64,000 nucleotides of DNA, from NCBI GenBank assembly GCA_905331295.1, contig CAJNYD010000065.1, forward strand, positions 62,001 to 126,000, read 5' to 3'. Below the pieces are notes generated by a model. That model ran no database searches and was not told where the DNA came from. It saw only the letters and a list, made by a program, of their open reading frames with translations. This document shows, piece by piece, positions 41,368 through 55,610 of the stretch (positions within the stretch are counted from its first letter, which is position 1; the number at the start of each line of letters is the position of its first letter). The translations under genes were made by a program, and so were the position numbers. The stretch is from Rotaria socialis (lineage: Eukaryota).

Positions 41368-43197
41368 ATGTCAAAGAAAGTGCTATCTTCATCATTAAAT
41401 GAATCATCAATAAAATCTGACAAAACTCCTCCAGTACGTCGAGTTATTGCCGATAGTTTATCATTAATATCATCAGATAATATTAATTTAAATCATCAAA
41501 TTTATATAAATACAAATATATTGAACAATCAATCAATTTCGAAAAACAATCTTGAAAAAAATTCTTATGATTCCATAAAAAAATTAATAAAAATAAATAA
41601 CAATCAATTAACAACAGTGCTAGGCGAACATTCAATCATTTCAATTAGTAAATCAAGTTCTTCATCCAAAACATCGAATAATCATTCATTAACATCGTAT
41701 TATCCTGAACTTTCTCTTAATGAAGATGATGATCATGATGACGATGTAAGTAGTAATGATGATACAAATCATCAATAGGATTTACATGAACAACAATTAA
41801 ATCCGCCATTAACACGATTAGGTACGTTAGTAGATTTGTGAATTTAGAGAAAAATAAAATAGAAATTCTAACAACGAATGATTATGAAGAATCCAAAGGA
41901 AAACAAAAAATATAAAGATAGAAATACTTTTTGTAATAAATCAATCGATGATACACTAAATATTGTTTTCTATCATAGATTGATATTTTAATTAATTCGA
42001 GACAGAATTCAAGCTCTTTTTTTGTTAAAAAAGAAGATGATTTTAATAAATATATTTTTAGTGACCGATGTTCTATCATCATTATTTAATGATAATCAAA
42101 TAGCCGAAATCCCCATGAGTGAATGTAAAATATGTTTCAAAGTACTATCAGTCGAGCCTTTATTGTGTTGTTCTTCATCAATATGTTCAAAATGTGTTTA
42201 TCATTACTTCACAACAAACATAAACGAAACTCGTATTCGTATAACATGTCCATCATGTCCACATATATTTACTCGTAAAGAAATTTTATCACTATTATCT
42301 AATTATGATCATAATGGAAATATAAGTGAACGTTATAAACGTTTTTATGCTGATATAAATCGTGAAGCACATATAAAAACATGTCCTCGGTGTTGTTCAA
42401 TTAAACAAATTGATAAACGTTTATTTGAAGGAATTCGATGGAAAAAAAACGATTCCACGAAAAGTTCTTTGTAGTGAATGTCAATTCGAATGGTGTTTCT
42501 TTTGTCATTCACCGTGGCATGAGAAAATGAATTGTAAAGAATATCGTCAAGGAGAAAAAATGCTTCAATCATGGCCAGTACAAATCGATCAAAATCAATA
42601 CAATGCACAAAAATGTCCTCGTTGTAAAGTTCGTTTCCCAATAAAAAAAAAAAACTAAAATTCTTTTTTTTTTTTTTTTTATTAAAAATCAATTTTTAGA
42701 TACATATATCTCGTAATGGTGGTTGCACACACATGGTTTGTTTTTAGGTTCACATGAAAGTCGATTTTCTCCATTGGGATGTAAATATAATTTTTATCCT
42801 GATAAACCATTAGTTCGTCATACAGTTCGTGGATTAGTTGCTGGTGCTGCATCATTAGCAATACCAGTAGCAGCTGTTGGAGCCGTTGCATTATTAGCTG
42901 TTGGAACAACAATAGGTGCACCTACTTATGGAACTTACCGTTTAGTTAAACACATTCATTCAAAACGACAAGAACGTCGTCAAAGATATCGTACGAAAAC
43001 AATTGCTAGACATTGGAATACTAGTGATAGTCTTTCAACTGATGATCAAATGATTGAATCTGATGATATACGAAGAACAGTTCAAGCTATAGCTTGATGA
43101 CATGTAGAGAAGAAATCGCGGGAAGAGAATTAACACCATATCCAACAAGAAATCTTGATCATTCGAATCAAAATAATGATAATGACGATGAAGATAG
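41368..43197 (+). pseudogene. RNF217: RNF217-like RBR E3 ubiquitin ligase with several disabling lesions
   Basis: RING1 (CKIC..CCSSSICSKC..CPSC), IBR (CPRC..CSECQFEWCFFCHSPWH), start of RING2 (CPRCK..GGCTHM) and the RNF217-type tail LGCKYNFYPDKP..RHTVRG plus a TM segment. Lesions: in-frame TAG at 41776, +1 frameshift in the A-run at 42442-42449, and loss of most of RING2 with a stop at 42745. Confidence 0.78.
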
Positions 43198-45088
43198 TTT
43201 TGATGATTGATTCTTTTCATTCTACAAGTCATTTTTCTTCATTTAAAGAAGAAAATCATTTTATTTTTGTTTCGATTGCATGAAGCTTCTTTGATAGCAT
43301 TTATCTAAAACAAAATGGCGATATTCCTTAATATTAGCTTTACTGCGATCATTTTCTCTTATTTCTTTGATATATGTCATCGAATTGTAAACAACTACAA
43401 TTTTCTAATTATTAAATTTCAAATGTAATATAGTCAAATTAAATCATTCATGAATATTTGTTTTTTTTCATATATATTTCAACGAAAATATAGAATCTTC
43501 TTTATTTTGTATATTATTCGTGTTATTTTTTTGACTAATAAAGAAAAGTGATAAATTTAATAGTATTCTTTACTAGAAATGATTCTTATGCTAGTGAAGG
43601 TTTCAAATAAAATAAAAATAGATATTCATCATTGATACTGATGTAACAAAAGGACTCAATTTTTAATCTCCTATCCAAGCCGCTCTCGTTAAAATTTAAA
43701 AATGCTCATTAGCTTATTTTCGGCTTGAATAAATTTTACATACATTTGAAAGATGACACTTATTACAGTCAAACAATTGTATATGAACGTCTTTAAGTAT
43801 AAGAAGAACAATAAATTTAATGCTAGGATATAATAAAAGGAAGACTTAGAAAGGTAGATGGGAAATCTAGTACTTTTAGAAAAGAATATACGATACACCT
43901 GCACAGTTTCTCCGCGATTCAAATCCACTTTTGTATGAAAAATTTGACATACGTTGAACTTAAGGAAAGAGTAGCTGTGCGAGCTTTTGTGTTGGTGGGC
44001 ATCAGGATAGGTATTTATGTAGATCTTCTATTTCTCTACATCCAAACCATTATGTAAATCAAATATCCATTTCCACACCAGTTTTCGAGAGCTACAATAC
44101 TACCATGCTGGTGTTTTTTCATAGAAAACTCCATATGAAGCTAGGAAAAGCTATGTATATGCACCATATCAGAGTCTACATTGTCCTTAGCTACGAAAGT
44201 CAAAACGAAATAGACCATCTGGTACAGACTGAAATTCTCCATCTAAAGATCTGTTATTGATAGTTTTTGAAAACATTTCTTGGTTGAAAAGCTCAAAATG
44301 CCATTTTTCAGAATGTTAAAACTGGTTTTGAGTGTTGGTGGATGTGAGTGTAAACACAATACGAACCCTTACCCATAGGCTGATTTATTTTCTATTAATA
44401 CATTAATACGTAAATAAACATATTTCGATTCAATTTAATTATGTCAGACTCATTTAATTTAATTTAAGAAAGGATTCAAATGAAATCTTGACAAAAATTT
44501 AGTACATATGTTAATTTGATACAGGAAAAGTTTAAAACAACGTTCAATTCGCATCTGAACAGCAAATTTTCAATATTTTTTTTCTGATTTTTTTCTACCT
44601 TTCCCTGTGTTTTTAAAAAGTGTTTTCAAAAACTCGCAATCCGAGACCAGCGATTAAAATAAAATATGAAATCTTCTTTATTTTGTGTATATATCCGTAT
44701 TGTTTTTTTTGATTAATAAAGATAAATGGTAAAGTTAAAACTTCTCTTTAATAAATACTATTCTTATGATATTGAATATTTGATAAAATACTTATAGACA
44801 TTAGTCATTGATGTTAACGTACTAAAAACTCAATTTTTCAGGTCCTATCAAAATGATTTCCATTAACATTTAAAAGGGTTCATTACCTTATTTTTAATTT
44901 GAATAATTTTCAATTCTAATTCAAAAATGAAACTTACTCGAGTCAAACCAGTATGTATAAGTATGTTTAAGTAATAGTAGCGATATATTCGATATCAACA
45001 TATTTATAAAAGGGAGCTAGAAAGTTAACTCCAAAGTCTAATATTTATAAAAATAAATGTGGAAACTTCGGATTTCATCCGAAAGTTA

Positions 45089-45566
45089 TGTGTACTGCAA
45101 AAAGTGCATGGGATGTATGAGTCATTCTAGAATGTTTGAACACCAAAATTATCATGAGAAACTAGGCAATTTGATTTCTGGATGCAGTTTTTGTGCATTT
45201 TGAGACGTTTTTCAGGCGATATTTCATCAGAAAGCTATGGTTTAGCTCAAAAATAATATCAGATTCAGAATCAGCGTTAAAAACTGAGTCGATTTATATA
45301 TGCTGTGAATAATTCTGAGAAAGATTTATTTTTTGAAAAAAATTCCCTGTGCTCCTCCTCAGGAATGGCCTGGTCAAAAATGACAATTTTTTCGATAACT
45401 CAACCATTTCTTGAGGGATTCTTCTCATCTTCGAACTCGACCGCGATATTCATGAGATTGAACTGTGTGGAAAATTTCATCACGGTCTGACTCTCCTTTC
45501 GCAAGTTATCGTGCCGACGGCCGGCCACACTGACCGATTCTAGTGTACTCAGTTTTTGAGTACACA
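45089..45566 (+). mobile_element. Helentron-associated (HINE/DINE-like) non-autonomous element
   Basis: 3' end CGATTCTAG plus a perfect 9-bp hairpin GTGTACTCA-GTTTT-TGAGTACAC followed by an A-run. The 5' end TGTGTACT...CTAGAATG mirrors these motifs. A GCCGACGGCCGGCC tract precedes the 3' end. Confidence 0.55.
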
Positions 45567-45997
45567 AAAAGAAGTTTTTTCGTAAAATCTACTTGTCAAG
45601 TATTTTTGAATTTCTACTTTAATCTGTAATCACAATTTTTTCTTTTCTTAGACTTGAGGGTATGAAGATAAACAAGAATTTTCAAGACGTTTGAGATAAT
45701 TAAAACGATGTCATCAATCGATGTATGGCTATAATTAAATAGTGTATAAATAATTAATGCTTCAATTAAAATAGTTCTCCATGAATATTTTGATAGGCAC
45801 TAATATATTTTTCATAGTGATGAATTCTACTATAACTACCTTTAAAGTTCATGTATTTGAAAGTTCAATGAGCTATTCAGTTGAAACTGTTCATTGTATA
45901 ACTCGTAGAAACGAAGGAAATAACGGAAAGAAAAATATTATAGAAAATCTTGACAATATGAACGATTCTAAACAATTATGAGGCCTATCATTCATTT

Positions 45998-46258
45998 TCC
46001 AGGTCAGAAATAAAAGTAGCGAAAAGGCCGTATTCCAGCTGGAAATTTTTCGTTTTTTCCAGTGATTTCCAACTAATTTTGTGCTCATTCACGCTAAAAA
46101 CTGTCATAGATCACCTGGAGAAAAACGAAAACTTTCTGACCACAACACTACTTCCAAATTCTGTCTTTTACCGATGCCTTCCTCTCGGATTCGCTGATTT
46201 TTCTTGCGGGCTCCAGTAAAATCTCGCTATATCTGCAGAGTAGCACTATTGAATTGGG
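45998..46258. mobile_element. Degenerate CCCAGG-type MITE
   Basis: Begins TCCAGGTCA and ends GAGTAGCACTATTGAATTGGG, resembling the 12157-12294 repeat. Internal TTCCAG/CTGGAA repeats. Confidence 0.35.
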
Positions 46259-46937
46259 TTCTTATCTTATTCAGGATGCTTCTGATTATTCGGCTTCAAT
46301 TTCACCCCATGTTTCAAGTTCAAATGAAGCACGAATATTATTTACCTTTGATATTTGTTGATCTATGGTACTTTTAAGTTTCAAAAGAGTAAAGAGAATT
46401 CGAACTAGATCACATCTTTCTTTTCTTTCATAGCCAAACATATTGTGGTATACGCATGAAGTATATGAGCATCCAGAGCAAGAAAATTATGCGCTACGGA
46501 CAAATCGTGAGGGTCACGTAATTCATGTGTATAAAAACAGATATTACACCGAAACAACATCTAGACAATGGAATACGAATGATACTCTTTCAACTAATGA
46601 AATGCACAGATAATTGATTATTAACTGCTGTCATTGCTGAATTGTTTGCTTAACTACTAATATTTTTCTTTTAAAATCTAATACAAGATGATTCTCTTAG
46701 GAGGATCAAAACTAACTCAATAAGCCTTCTATGTACATATATTTTATGTATAACAAGCGAAGTTTATGGATAGATTCATTATACAATCGTTTTAAATAAT
46801 TAAATGATTGAAGACATCGATGAATTGTTAAATAATCGAAGAGATTCAAAAATAGAATCTACAAAATTAAATATAATATAATAGAAGTATAGCTGTGTAA
46901 TAAATATAGATTGACTAGAAAATTTTTAATAATTAAA

Positions 46938-48520
46938 TTAGTAATGAGATAATGATAAGTGTTCAGTTTCATCAACAATTGTTCTTATCATATCCGCATG
47001 ATTTGCTATTTCAGTTGCACTTGCTGAAAGAGTACTTTGATAAAGAAAATTTTTCATTAGAGTTGCAAAACGTAGTGCTGCTTGATAATAACCACATCGA
47101 TAAATCATATATTTGAACATAACTTCAATATATTTATTTTGAATTTCAAATAAATACTTTGCATTTATTGAAAGATAACGTCTTTCAATAAAATTATCTG
47201 ATCGACTATAATCCGACGTTCTAAAAGAAAATAATTATAAATTGTAATACACGGATATTCACAATGATGATTAATATTTTAAATCCAATGAGTATTTTCT
47301 TAAATAACAATGGGAAGACTCAAAGACTCAATAAGAAAATTGAATAATCATGCATCATCAATTCAATATGAATTATATAATCGTACTAATTATTTTATAA
47401 TTTTCAAGACTAAAAAATTATCGATATTTTTGTTGGCTGATGAAGTAACAAGAAAAAGAAAAACTGTTGAAATGATGAAAAGAGTTTCTTTTAAAGATAG
47501 AAATGCATAATCACGATGGAAAAGATTAAAAAGAAAACATCTCTTATTTTGTCATTACTGTTATAAATACCTGTAACTGCAATTATTATTTTCAAACGTA
47601 ATAACATCAGAGGATGTAGAAAAAGCCAATGCAATAAGTAATAGTTTCAATAATATTTGATCAAGATCAAATTGCTGAACAATTCGAACAGTCCCATTAA
47701 ATATCCAAGATCCATAAGTCGATGAAAGAGAATTTGAATAAGCAAAATCATTTAACATATTTGTTTGAGACATCATGAATTGACAATTAAAACCACCTAA
47801 ATTTTGAATATTTCTTCTCATTAATGTAGTTCGATAATTAATTTTCATTGATGAAAATTCTGGAACTATTTTAATAAACGATTCAACAAATGAATACATT
47901 GAATGAATAAAATCCATCACATAAAAACTTGCCATTTTTAAACGTAGTTTTGGTGGGAAAACTGATTGGCTATTAATGATATAGCGAATATTTTCAATAG
48001 GATTTGCATGATCATAAACATTATTAACATTTGATAATAGAGACCATTGATCAACAGATAATAATGAACGATCATGATTAAGTAAATCAAGTGGATAAAG
48101 AATAATCATTGAAGATGTTGGTTTTTGTTTTAATAATTTCTTTTTAATTCCCCCTTGTGCTCTATGTGATGCACGTAATAAATATTTTTTCATTCCAACA
48201 GATAAACATTTTTTTAATCTACAACATCGACATGTATGCCGAGCTTTTATGGTTATTTGACATTCGTCACCAAATATACATTTATTTGTATTCTATTTAA
48301 AAATAAAAATAAATTTACTAAAAGTCTAATCAATATTTTGACTCACTAAATCAAGATTAACATTTCGTCGAAAAAATATTTTACATGAAGCACAAGATTG
48401 AACACCATAAGCAGATTTCACATTTTCTTCTCCACAGACTTGGCATATTTCAGATGAAACATTCTTTTTAATTGTATGAATATTTATTTCAGATGATTGT
48501 ACTGATCTTTTATATTCCAT
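46938..48520 (-). CDS. Divergent nuclear hormone receptor (C4 zinc-finger DBD plus LBD-like region); exons 48520-48347, 48292-47571, 47220-46938
   Basis: CQVC..YGVQSCASCKIFFRR / CIFGDEC..RHTCRCCRLKKCLSVGM, followed by an LBD-like helical region (FIKIVPEF, LLKLLLIALAFS, FKYMIYRCG..LRFATL). The spliced frame is continuous. Confidence 0.9.
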
Positions 48521-50828
48521 AATGAAATTCTAAAAGCAAAAGAAATTTTATTTAAATTATATATTTTTAATCTATTCGAAATTTATACTGACCCTAATAA
48601 TAAGAGAAAGAATAATTTAAAATCACTAGAATTTATCTGTCTATATATCAAATTTTAACTTGTATTGAAAACAATTTGTCAATTATATTTTAGATTAATT
48701 CAAATTTAAATAAATAAAGAAAATGTTTAATTTTTCACCATTTAATACTATATGTAAATAAGATTAAGCGAATTTTATAAGAGTGAACATGAACTAATTA
48801 ATTAAAAATTTGTTTACAAGAAAAGATAATTAACATATTGACGATATTCTTTTTTGACAAGCTTTAGCAGATTTTTTAAAATTATAGATATTAACATTTC
48901 ATCGGAGAACTAATAGAAAAAAAATTAGAATTAGAATTTACTGACAATACTACGTAGTACGTAAGTTACTCTGTAGAAAAGAAAGTGCCAACTTGTCGAT
49001 AAATTTAATAAAATGAGAGAATTATAGTTTTTTCTATAAATCTGTCTCATGTATGTCGTCTTTTTATCCTAATCATCTTAAAAGTTTCATGTCAACAAGT
49101 TATGTTCTATTTATTCATACGAGTTAGGTAGTTTTCTTTACAAATAATAGATACAAAAATAGCTTAGATATATAATATTGAAATACTAAGTCAAGTAGAA
49201 CGCAGATTTTCATGCTTCGATACAAGTTGACATCTCAAGATAATAAATTTGTTTTATTCATTATAACTAATCTTTAGATTAATTGCTATTTTGATTCGTA
49301 TGTTAAATAATTTTAAAAAAATAACAATAATGATCTTTAACCATTACAATGAACAGTCAGAAAATATAATTAAATCTAAATATTATAAGTAAATTTGATA
49401 AATATTCGAATTAAGATAAGCGATACGTATCGATTTAACAAATGGAAAAAATAAATCTCAATTGTGTTTCGATTTTTCTCATAGAAGAAAAGAAAGTACA
49501 AGAAAATCTTATTTTTATTATAATTAATTAGACTTTTTTCGATTTGAAATAAAATTGATAATAATCTATTTAAGCAATATATTTTGTATTAATATCTTGT
49601 AAAAAAAATCTGTTTGATTTTTAAATAATTCTATGGAGAGAAACGATTTCATACGATCACAACTAAAGATATTTTGTAAGAACATGTTTTTTTTTCTCTC
49701 TCCAAAAGATATCTTATCAACAAGAAAAAATAACTTTATATTTTTATTCATTGTCTTCTCAATTCTGATACACTTTTCTCTCTTTTTTTTTAATATAATT
49801 ATAGGAATATCTTATAAAATTTTAACACAGCAGAACAATTTAATTAATCTAATTAATAATTGTATTTTTTTCGTGTTTTCAATATAAAAATCAATCAAGA
49901 CGATGAAGATAATCATGAGTTCATTTTTAATGATTTAGATCAGAATCAAGATAAGAATAATAAAAAAGAAAACGATTATCGACTAAATATTACGATGTCA
50001 TAAAAAAAGATTCTTAATAGTAATATTTTTCAGTTCTAAAATATTCATGTGACTATATAAAGGTTTATTTCATCCTAGACTTTCTATTATTTAAGTATAT
50101 TCGATATTTTCCTATGATATTAATAGAAAATTCTGAGAAAAAAAACAAGCTGATCATAACTACTTTTATTTCTAATTTGAAAATAGAAAAAAAATTCTAC
50201 TTAAGATAAGATACATGCAATTAGTTGATTGCATAAAAATTTGTAAGTGCCAAATTGTTTTATCATCAATAACTATTTATCTTTTGCAATAAAATCATTA
50301 AAGTTTTTCTTCATGAGAATACTGCAGTAGTTCTTAATAATCCTTTTGTTTTTTCTTTTCCTCAAAGATACTTCTTTATAGTTAGAAGCGTATCTTTATT
50401 AAAAACGGGTAAAAATAGACAATCAATCAGCGCTCGTTGGCCTTATTATATTAGTGCTGGCTGACTAAGACAAGTAGCGAAGAAAAAGTTCATTAAAAAC
50501 CGTCAGAGTACACCGTCTTTTTACCCTTTCAAGCCCTTGAAAAATCTCATTTAGAAAGTCTTAGAAGTGATAATAAGATGCTGTAGATATTAATTTCAAT
50601 CTGTAATTATTAAAACTTGATTAAAAGAATAAGATAATATGAAAAATATATGGAAATATTCGATTAGTTTTATTTTAGAAGAAGATGATGTTCTCTCTCG
50701 CTTTTTATAACGAATGTAAAATACATGGTTATATTAAATAAAATATGACATAAATAAAAAAAATTCGTATTTTATAGAAAAAGAAGAGCAAGAAAAGTTT
50801 ACTGAGTATATATATATATTGATCAATC

Positions 50829-50902
50829 TTGAGGGTGTGGGTGTGGGTGTTGATACACACATATGCATTCACACCCACACCCACACCCACACACACCCTC
50901 TA
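50829..50902. repeat. Tiny foldback element with (GGGTGT)n / (ACACCC)n arms
   Basis: TGAGGGTGTGGGTGTGGGTGT ... ACACCCACACCCACACACACCCTCTA form an inverted repeat. Confidence 0.6.
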
Positions 50903-51606
50903 GCAAATTACTTTATATTGAATGATTAAACAATATCCAATCATTTAAATAATACAATAGAAATTAGACTGGGATTTTGTGTAGTTATAAAGAGCTAAGC
51001 AATAAATCAAATAAGAATCTATTTCATTTTTAGATAGTGGCCAATAATTTTTACATAGATAAAAATAAAATCCTGTAGAAAAATTCTTATAATGAAAAAC
51101 AATAAATCATGTAAATCGAAAATAAACATCGTTAAATAATATTTTATTACCTTTTCGAAAGATTAATTGATGATCGTTTTTCATTAAATGAGAATTTTGA
51201 TAGTCGGAAATCTTTCTCAGAGCAAAACTTGTCTGACTCTAACTGTACGTTAATCCTAAATGTCACAGCTTTTTCTTTCACATCTGTCGTTTTACCGATT
51301 ATGAATGGATGTGGGAAAAGATGAAAAGTGCAACGAGAAAATGATGTTTGATAAACATGAATGCAAACGGATGTACTTTTCAAAAGAACTAAATAACAAA
51401 TTATCGTAACTCAAGCGAATAGTAAATAACGTCTGCGTCTTCATAAAGATTAAAAAACAATGACGCCTTTGATATTAATTAACGTATATTTATATCACAA
51501 TGACACACATATAATATATATATAATCTTTGTTTGAAGAATACATATTAGTTGTAGACACAAAGAAAAAAAAGGTTTTATCACAAAAACAAAACAAAAAA
51601 TCTCGA

Positions 51607-54170
<2,564 letters not shown>

Positions 54171-54219
54171 CTATTATAGAAAAAAAAGAAACCTAACCCA
54201 TGTGAAAATCTATGGCATG

Positions 54220-54582
54220 AAAACGCGTTTTCAAACGCATTTAGGATGCGTTTGAAATACTGTGAGAAAACGCATCCAAATGCATCTAAAATGAAACATC
54301 TGACGCGTCTAAACGCGTCTGCAGATGCATCTGGACGCGTTTATGAAACGCGTTTAGACGCGTTATATATTGTTTTGCACAATTAGATGCATCCTAATGA
54401 ATTCAGACCACCGACGCGTTCAGACGCGTTTTACAATGCTATGAAACATGTGCCGCGTTCGAACGCTTTCAAATACTAGATGCGTGTGGATGCATCTGAA
54501 ACCACTTGATGCGCTCATACGCGTTTGAAAAATAAACGCAGCTGGATGCGTCTGAAAGTTAAACGCGTTTAAACGCGTTTGA
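54220..54582. repeat. Left subterminal array of ACGCGT/ATGCAT-type palindromes
   Basis: About 11 ACGCGT by eye, plus several GATGCATC, ACGCAT and ATGCGT, in ~360 bp. Confidence 0.9.
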
Positions 54583-55610
54583 AGAAATATTTGGGAAAAA
54601 ACAACAACTTGTTCTCACAGATTTGCGCTGTGGCACCATCAGAACTCCACGATGGTCAGCTCTATCCTAGAGGCGTATTACAGAACAAGTGATATAACTT
54701 ACGCAAAATTTGACATGTGCGGTGATCAAGGCTAGAACAGAAGAACTTCTAATCGACGAACAAGTTACTTACGATTGAGCTATATAGCTCGACAGTGTCG
54801 TATTTAAATACATGCATTTGTAACTCTTGCTAATAATAAAATTTATTTAAAGATGAAATGTATTCGATAATCATAAAGAAGTTATCTTATGATAGTAATT
54901 TATTACAAGATATAGCCCTTTGTAAAGTAATATGTAGAATTAATATCAAATATAATATCTGTTTCTGCATCGAATTAATTTAAATTGTTTTCACCTAATT
55001 CGTTTTTTTCCGATTGATTACAACTCAATGTAAGTACACAAACTAGCTAGTTTTTTTTATTGCAACTACAATGAATAATGTATGATCATGTCTCCGTGAG
55101 AAATAAAATCTAATTTCAAAACAACAAACCATCTTCAAGACTGTGAAATTTGAAAATGATATTAAGAACATCAATAGATCGTAATTAATAATTGTCAATT
55201 TTCTATACAAGATTTAATATTAAGCATCAATACGTAGAATGAATAAAAACAATCATGCCCATCGTTCATTCCTAATATTTTCATGCAAATACTTTTGATT
55301 TTTGAAACAATACGGTCTGTACAACGATTTAATTCCTATTATTTTATCTAGAATGTTCGTTCATATATTTTGAAACAATAAGAGATAATTTCATGGCAAC
55401 GTTTTCTGAGCCTATCACGTGGATCAATTGGCTACTTGTTCATTTAAAATGTCGACATGCTTTGTTACACCAGTCACGAGACGTGATAACGGTTCAGTCG
55501 AGACGAACACACACTGAATAATCTATTTATTTGCTTTTGTGATTGTTTTACATCCACATGAATGTATATGGATAAATTTCGATGTGAAATTAACTGAGTC
55601 TTTTTAGATC

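Noticed and set aside
50832..50900. Telomere-like GGGTGT repeats
   Set aside because: Only about three units per arm, arranged as an inverted repeat; better explained as a tiny foldback element.
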